Below, piece after piece: positions 58,563 to 64,000 of a DNA stretch of 64,000 bases; positions within the stretch are counted from its first letter, which is position 1; every line of letters begins with the position of its first letter. The notes under the pieces were generated by a model. It saw only the letters and a list, made by a program, of their open reading frames with translations. It did not search any database and was not told the DNA's origin. This DNA is from a virus (taxonomy: Duplodnaviria; Caudoviricetes), in IMG/VR virus record IMGVR_UViG_2974731955_000001, positions 1 through 64,000 of that record; one strand, given 5' to 3'. The position numbers and the translations under genes are program-made.

Positions 58563-58920
58563 AAATGCCACACCAAATATATATGATGGTATTGAATTTA
58601 AAAGTAAACTTGAAACATATGTTTATAAACAATTAAAGGCTCATAATCTCAAAGCAGAATATGAGCCTATTAAGTTTGAATTAATACCAGCATTTACTTT
58701 TTGTGGTAAAAAGATCCGAGCGATGACTTATACTCCAGACTTTGTTGGAGATAATTTTATTATCGAAGCTAAAGGAAGACCTAATGATGTATGGCCATAT
58801 AAATGGAAATGGTTTATGTGGTCTTTATTAAATAAAGGTCTAGCTGAAAAGTATAAGTTATTTGTAGTACATAATCATAAGGAAACTGATGAATGTATTA
58901 AACAAATTCAAGAACTGTAA
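58513..58920 (+). CDS. PD-(D/E)xK endonuclease (T7 endo I/DUF1064-like resolvase)
   Basis: DGIEFKSKLE, YTPDF, IIEAKG. Confidence 0.82.
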   Translation: MKQRKTKRKKTTNQKVKNATPNIYDGIEFKSKLETYVYKQLKAHNLKAEYEPIKFELIPAFTFCGKKIRAMTYTPDFVGDNFIIEAKGRPNDVWPYKWKWFMWSLLNKGLAEKYKLFVVHNHKETDECIKQIQEL

Positions 58921-58951
58921 GATAAAGTACAAAAACTAAAACCAAACAAAG

Positions 58952-59260
58952 ATGAAAAATATATCTGAAAATACAATTAAGTTATTTAAGAGTAATTATA
59001 AGTTAGCTATTTCAGAACTCGAAAATAAGATTTTAGAGAAAGAAATAGAACTTGAGAACTTTTTTAATAATGATAATATATCCAAAAGTAAAGATAGTTA
59101 TACAGTAAGTTTATTTGGTTCTTATTATGATAGGAATTTATTTAAGAGATATCATGATTTGAAACAGGATCTTATAAGACATTATGATCTATTACAAGAA
59201 TATAAAACAACTTATGATAACTTTATTTTAGGATTAAAAAATGAAAGTAACAGCAATTAG
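58952..59260 (+). CDS. Hypothetical protein
   Basis: 102 aa ORF. Confidence 0.55.
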   Translation: MKNISENTIKLFKSNYKLAISELENKILEKEIELENFFNNDNISKSKDSYTVSLFGSYYDRNLFKRYHDLKQDLIRHYDLLQEYKTTYDNFILGLKNESNSN

Positions 59261-59951
59261 TGACTTACATGGCAATCTTATTGATATAGAACCATGTGAT
59301 CTATTATTGATATGTGGTGATATATCTCCATTAGAGATTCAAAGAGACTATATTCAAATGACAAAATGGATATTTAATGAATTTCAAGAATGGATAATGA
59401 AGATAGATTGCCCTACTATTATACTTACTCCAGGTAATCATGATTTTTGGTTCGAAAAGATGATTACTCAATCAAATACTTACTTATTTAATAAGTTAAC
59501 TATATTGATTGATGGAGAAACAAAAGTATACAATAGTACTGACGACAAATGGTATAAAATCTATGGAACACCTTGGTGTAAACAATGTGGACCATGGGCA
59601 TTTATGGCTAATCACGCTGAATTAGCTAAGAAATACGAAAAAATACCAAAAGATTTAGATATATTAATGACTCACGAAGCGTCTAATCTTGCAGAAGTAG
59701 GAACTACACACGATAATGGAACTGAAATCCAATATTGTTGTGCTGCATTAACTGATGAAATTAGACGAAAGAAACCAAAGTATGCATTATGTGGACACGT
59801 TCATACTGGAAATCATAATATTACAGCATGTCCTGTATATGATTATGTATTTCAAGAGGAAACAGAATGGACTAATGTACGTGTAGCAAACGTAAGCATA
59901 CTTGATGAATCTTATTCGATTTATTTTAGACCAACAACATTTGAACTATAA
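59241..59951 (+). CDS. Metallophosphoesterase
   Basis: SDLHG, CGD, PGNHD, TH, CGHVH. Confidence 0.9.
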   Translation: MKVTAISDLHGNLIDIEPCDLLLICGDISPLEIQRDYIQMTKWIFNEFQEWIMKIDCPTIILTPGNHDFWFEKMITQSNTYLFNKLTILIDGETKVYNSTDDKWYKIYGTPWCKQCGPWAFMANHAELAKKYEKIPKDLDILMTHEASNLAEVGTTHDNGTEIQYCCAALTDEIRRKKPKYALCGHVHTGNHNITACPVYDYVFQEETEWTNVRVANVSILDESYSIYFRPTTFEL

Positions 59952-59969
59952 CTTAAAAAATTTACGATT

Positions 59970-60137
59970 ATGAAGAATTACGAATTAGTTAATTTACAAT
60001 TAGACGAGCAAAATATGAATAATGATATAATGTCTCAGACTGAACAAGATATTTATTTTGAAGCAGATGAACTAAATGACATTGCATTCATTAATGAGTT
60101 AATGGAAGCAGATCGTTTAAGTAAATTAGAAGAGTAA
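59970..60137 (+). CDS. 55-aa acidic peptide
   Basis: MKNYELVNLQLDEQNM...SKLEE; fills the gap exactly. Confidence 0.55.
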   Translation: MKNYELVNLQLDEQNMNNDIMSQTEQDIYFEADELNDIAFINELMEADRLSKLEE

Positions 60138-60139
60138 TT

Positions 60140-61135
60140 ATGGATATAAGTATACCTTATTATGAGGATATGTCTAGAATATCCAATTCAAATATCGGAT
60201 GGTTCCTAAAAAAGGGACCCCGATATCTAAAGGATATGCTAGATGGAAAAATTGAAGGATTAAAAGCAAGTTTCTTAGATAAAGGAACTATGATTCATGA
60301 ATATATTCTTCAACCAGAAGAATTCTGGAATGATTATATTATTTTAGACTTTGCAGTACCTAAAGTAAAGCAACAAAAAGATCTTCTAGAATTTTATTCT
60401 ACTGCAAGATTAACCGATCCTTTTGCTACTGAAGAAGATATATTATTAATGAGTTATAATGCAGCTTATAGTAATAATAAATCTATCGATAAAAGAATTC
60501 AAGAAGCAAGAGAATTAGTAGAATTATATAAAAACTACATTGAATACTTTAGAAATAAAGATAGTAAGAAAGTTATTTCTTTTGCTGATTTGGCTCTTCT
60601 AAAGACCATAAAGCAAAATATGCAAGAGCATAAAAAAGCAAATGAGATTTTATTTGCTTATCCAAAAACATTTGAAGTTCACAATGAATTTCATATAAAT
60701 TGGGAATTTCCAAATGCTTCTAAATTAGGAGATTTTCCTTGTAAATCTTTACTCGATAGAGTAATGATTGATCATACAAATAAGAAAGTAGTACTCGTTG
60801 ATATTAAAACTACAGCTGATGTGTATAATTTCAGACATTCTATAGAAGAATTTGACTATTGTAGACAATTAGCTTATTACTGGTTTGCAATTTATTGGTA
60901 TTTTAAAAATGAATTAAAACTAGATTTAGAAGAATATACACGAGAAACATATATAATAGCTGTTCAAAGTCATGACGGTTATGAAGTAAAGGTTTTTAAT
61001 ATTGAGAATCAATACATCGAAGCCAAAGTATGTGTTATTGAAGATGCTATCAAACGCATAGCTTGGCACAAAGATAATGACTTATGGGATCATATAAAAG
61101 AATATTATGAAGGAGATGGAGCAGAACTACTATGA
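60140..61135 (+). CDS. RecE/exonuclease VIII-like PD-(D/E)xK nuclease
   Basis: ISNS, GTMIH..IL, KSLLDRV, VDIKTT, Y.RQLAYY. Confidence 0.85.
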   Translation: MDISIPYYEDMSRISNSNIGWFLKKGPRYLKDMLDGKIEGLKASFLDKGTMIHEYILQPEEFWNDYIILDFAVPKVKQQKDLLEFYSTARLTDPFATEEDILLMSYNAAYSNNKSIDKRIQEARELVELYKNYIEYFRNKDSKKVISFADLALLKTIKQNMQEHKKANEILFAYPKTFEVHNEFHINWEFPNASKLGDFPCKSLLDRVMIDHTNKKVVLVDIKTTADVYNFRHSIEEFDYCRQLAYYWFAIYWYFKNELKLDLEEYTRETYIIAVQSHDGYEVKVFNIENQYIEAKVCVIEDAIKRIAWHKDNDLWDHIKEYYEGDGAELL

Positions 61136-61638
61136 TTATTAATAAATATACAAAACATAGTATATTTTCACTTCCTCAAATATTTTATGATACCTTTACA
61201 AAATATGATTTGAAAAATAGTGAGTTTGTAAATATGTACACAAGTGATATGAATAACCCATTACTTTCAAATCATATTTTTTTAGTATTTCATAATACTA
61301 AAACTTACTTAATAGAGAGATTAAAGAAACATAGACTATATTATTGTGATTATACTTTAACAATAGATAGAATTAATTATAGAGTATTTGCCTTTAATAA
61401 GGCTTATTCAATTCATTCCATAGTAAACAAAATAGATCTTGGTTTATATGAACGTCTAGGATATCAAGCTAAATTACAAATATTAAATTTTTGGAATATT
61501 AGTGTTGATAGTAAAGTTCATGAATACCTATTTAATCCTCTTGCAAAAGTAACAAAACCGGTAGGTGAAAGTATATCACTACAAGATTTAAAATATAGAA
61601 AAGCCCCAACAGCAAAAACTGAAGGGGCTTTATTGTAA
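61132..61638 (+). CDS. Hypothetical protein
   Basis: 168 aa; last rightward gene. Confidence 0.65.
   Translation: MIINKYTKHSIFSLPQIFYDTFTKYDLKNSEFVNMYTSDMNNPLLSNHIFLVFHNTKTYLIERLKKHRLYYCDYTLTIDRINYRVFAFNKAYSIHSIVNKIDLGLYERLGYQAKLQILNFWNISVDSKVHEYLFNPLAKVTKPVGESISLQDLKYRKAPTAKTEGALL
61599..61632. terminator. Possible bidirectional terminator at convergence of arms
   Basis: AAAGCCCC...GGGGCTTT. Confidence 0.5.
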
Positions 61639-61661
61639 TGGCCGTTAAAATTTTTGTGGCT

Positions 61662-64000
61662 TTAAAAGTTAAATATTGAAATCACATTATCGTAATACTC
61701 CATTTTTGATCTTGGATCTTGTGCTTCCCATATACTTCTTAAAGGAGTAGCCTTAATTAATGATCGTTGGAATCGGTTCATACCCTTGTATGGACCTTTT
61801 TTTATCTCCTGTGTAGGATCATTCAACATCATTGTAATTAAGTCACCCCAATATTGTAAAGTAGACCATGCAGCAGTAGGAGTATTAAGTAAGTTAATTA
61901 CTTCAATAGGTAATATGTTACCACGTGTCTCTAATGAAGCTCTTAGAGTAAGATAAGCTGCTTCTTGTTTCCACCAATTACGTTTGTCATCATCTGCCAT
62001 CGCTCTTACTAAAGAAGAAATGATCATAAAACCTACTGTGGAAAATAAAACTTCATAAGTAACTCTTTTAAGACATCCTTTTTCGAAATCGTCCAATTCA
62101 TCATAATGATTTTGATATAGTTCCTTTAATTGATCTATTTTATTCTGATTAAAGTAATGTCTATATACATATTTAACTGCAGCTGGTACTTGAGCTTCGC
62201 TCCACATGCCTGTAGAATAGTTAAATTGACGTTTAGTTAAGAACTTAGTTTGTAAATTAACCAAAATAAAGTTACGGAAGATAAGTAATAATTGTCCAAT
62301 TACAGTTGCATGTAATTTACTTCTATCCAAGTCTGTTAATTGCGTGTCAATTCTGGTACCTACTTGTTTTGCCGTATTTCTAACTTTGTTTATAGTAGCT
62401 TCATCGAGAGATTTAGCATACTCTGGTTTTATTACTAGTTTGTTGTTTTTAACTTCAAATGCATCATAAAAAGTTACACTTAAAGTATTCCATTTGGCAT
62501 TGCCTTCCTTTTTACTCTTAAATCTTCTTAGGAATTCGTTCTTATTTAAGAATTTACCAGATTCAGGATCATATTTATAGTATAAACCAATTGCCAATGC
62601 CATTTTACCTTTTGTTACATAATCTGACATTTCATGTCCAAAATACCAGAAGTGTTGATTTAATGCTCTTAAAAATCTAGATTGATTAAGTTTACTAAAG
62701 GTTTGAGCATTTTCTCTTACTACACCTAAATACTCCATATAACATAGAACCTTGTCTTTGTTGTTTGAATGACCTATGTTCTTTATTGCATTTGCATATG
62801 ACGGTATGATTAATTTTGTTGCTTGTGCAAGTTCCTTATTTCCAAAGTATATACCAGAAATTGCTTCGAGTCTATTTTGTATTTTGTTTGTAATAAGACC
62901 AGTAAGAATCACATTCATATTTTGAGCTATGCCTTGTATTCTAGTGTATGCAGCTAAATTAGCAGCTAACTTACCAACACTTACTGTCACATGTTTGCCT
63001 TTTGGTAAAGGAACATCTAATTCTAATGCATTCTTTTCCATACCATATACCAATTGATCTAGTACAGATTTTAATTTATCATATGTCTTACTTTCCAAAC
63101 CTTGTATTCTACCACCCTTCTTATCGGTAAAATCTGTACGACTAACAAAATCAAGAGCTACTTCTAATTCTGGGGCAATTTCACTCATTTGTTCATAATT
63201 TTCTGCCATTTTGTAATAAGCAATGACAGATCCTACTATATCGTTTGTTAAAGCGTCTGGATTTGATAACATCTTAATATACCTAGTAGGTATAAGTTTA
63301 ACAAGTGACCCATCTGATCGTTTAGCATTTTCCAACATATATGCATTATCATCATCCTTTACGGTGTAAGTATCTTCTATTGCATACGCTAACCCCTTTA
63401 AAATATTGTCCTTACTTCGGATTTGTGTCCATGCCCCACCTTCTATTTGTGGTAGTCTATATTTATTTTCATACTTTAAGAATTGAATCTTAGAATTTGA
63501 TAATTCCATTACATCAACAAGTTTATCGTAAAGCTTTTTTAAGTTTGAATCAGAAGTTATTTTACGATAATTTGCACTGTTGTCATACAATTCAGGATTT
63601 GGAATTCTTGTTTCTCCACGATCTGCATATTTAGTAAATCTTTTATCGTAGAAAGGTGATTCTTTATCGATTTCAGACCAAGATCTATTAGGTACTTTGC
63701 GCATGTATTTAGATCTTAACTCTTTCTTCGGAACTAATTTCTTCCAAAAAGAAGCTGGTACAAGATTTCCTTCATAGTCATATCTAGCATTTATAGAAAC
63801 CCACGCATTATATTCAGCTTGACCTAATTTTTCAACTCTTTCTAATTCTTCATAGAATCTAGGGTTTACTTCCCATTCAGCTATGTCCATTACTTTGGAT
63901 TTCTTTGATTTATCACGAGTTTTCAAACTTTCCTCAGAAATCAATTCATCATAAGTATTAATCCACGACTTTACTTGGTCAGGCATGCTATCAACATCTA
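61662..64000 (-). CDS. C-terminal part of giant virion (ejection/RNAP-module) protein
   Basis: Frame stays open to the right edge; helical with a hydrophobic segment near the C-terminus; position fits crAss-like giant cargo genes. Confidence 0.7.
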   Translation of the reverse strand, partial: DVDSMPDQVKSWINTYDELISEESLKTRDKSKKSKVMDIAEWEVNPRFYEELERVEKLGQAEYNAWVSINARYDYEGNLVPASFWKKLVPKKELRSKYMRKVPNRSWSEIDKESPFYDKRFTKYADRGETRIPNPELYDNSANYRKITSDSNLKKLYDKLVDVMELSNSKIQFLKYENKYRLPQIEGGAWTQIRSKDNILKGLAYAIEDTYTVKDDDNAYMLENAKRSDGSLVKLIPTRYIKMLSNPDALTNDIVGSVIAYYKMAENYEQMSEIAPELEVALDFVSRTDFTDKKGGRIQGLESKTYDKLKSVLDQLVYGMEKNALELDVPLPKGKHVTVSVGKLAANLAAYTRIQGIAQNMNVILTGLITNKIQNRLEAISGIYFGNKELAQATKLIIPSYANAIKNIGHSNNKDKVLCYMEYLGVVRENAQTFSKLNQSRFLRALNQHFWYFGHEMSDYVTKGKMALAIGLYYKYDPESGKFLNKNEFLRRFKSKKEGNAKWNTLSVTFYDAFEVKNNKLVIKPEYAKSLDEATINKVRNTAKQVGTRIDTQLTDLDRSKLHATVIGQLLLIFRNFILVNLQTKFLTKRQFNYSTGMWSEAQVPAAVKYVYRHYFNQNKIDQLKELYQNHYDELDDFEKGCLKRVTYEVLFSTVGFMIISSLVRAMADDDKRNWWKQEAAYLTLRASLETRGNILPIEVINLLNTPTAAWSTLQYWGDLITMMLNDPTQEIKKGPYKGMNRFQRSLIKATPLRSIWEAQDPRSKMEYYDNVISIFNF

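Noticed and set aside
1-64000. Stop-codon reassignment (TAG or TGA) known from some crAss-like phages
   Set aside because: Genes are intact in code 11; TAG and TGA end real genes (portal TAG, 11607 TGA); the gene breaks are explained by introns; no clean suppressor tRNA.

Overview
64 kb, AT-rich segment of a crAss-like (Crassvirales-type, probably Bacteroidota-infecting) phage genome in the standard genetic code. Left arm (1-33 kb, minus strand) is the late module: tail fibre, tail proteins, auxiliary and major capsid, scaffold, portal, terminase, dUTPase, ThyX, GroES-like. Right arm (33.2-61.6 kb, plus strand) is the early/replication module: bL12-like protein, ECF sigma factor, PolB, DnaB, AAA ATPase, SSB, primase, nucleases. 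The C-terminus of a giant minus-strand protein closes the window. Three group I introns with homing endonucleases split the capsid, dUTPase and AAA genes; splice sites were resolved by hand. The most unusual content is non-coding RNA in the early arm. (1) A circularly permuted two-piece tmRNA with tag (A)GNNFVTDYTAIGA. (2) About seven tRNA-like elements that keep acceptor stem and T-arm but have broken anticodon arms, several just upstream of key genes. (3) An apparent 2.4 kb hairpin-dense RNA and a second one of about 0.6 kb. (4) An ECF-type promoter motif, AAC-N16/17-CGTT, found seven times, probably read by the phage's own sigma factor. All structures were read by eye; no searches or folding were run.
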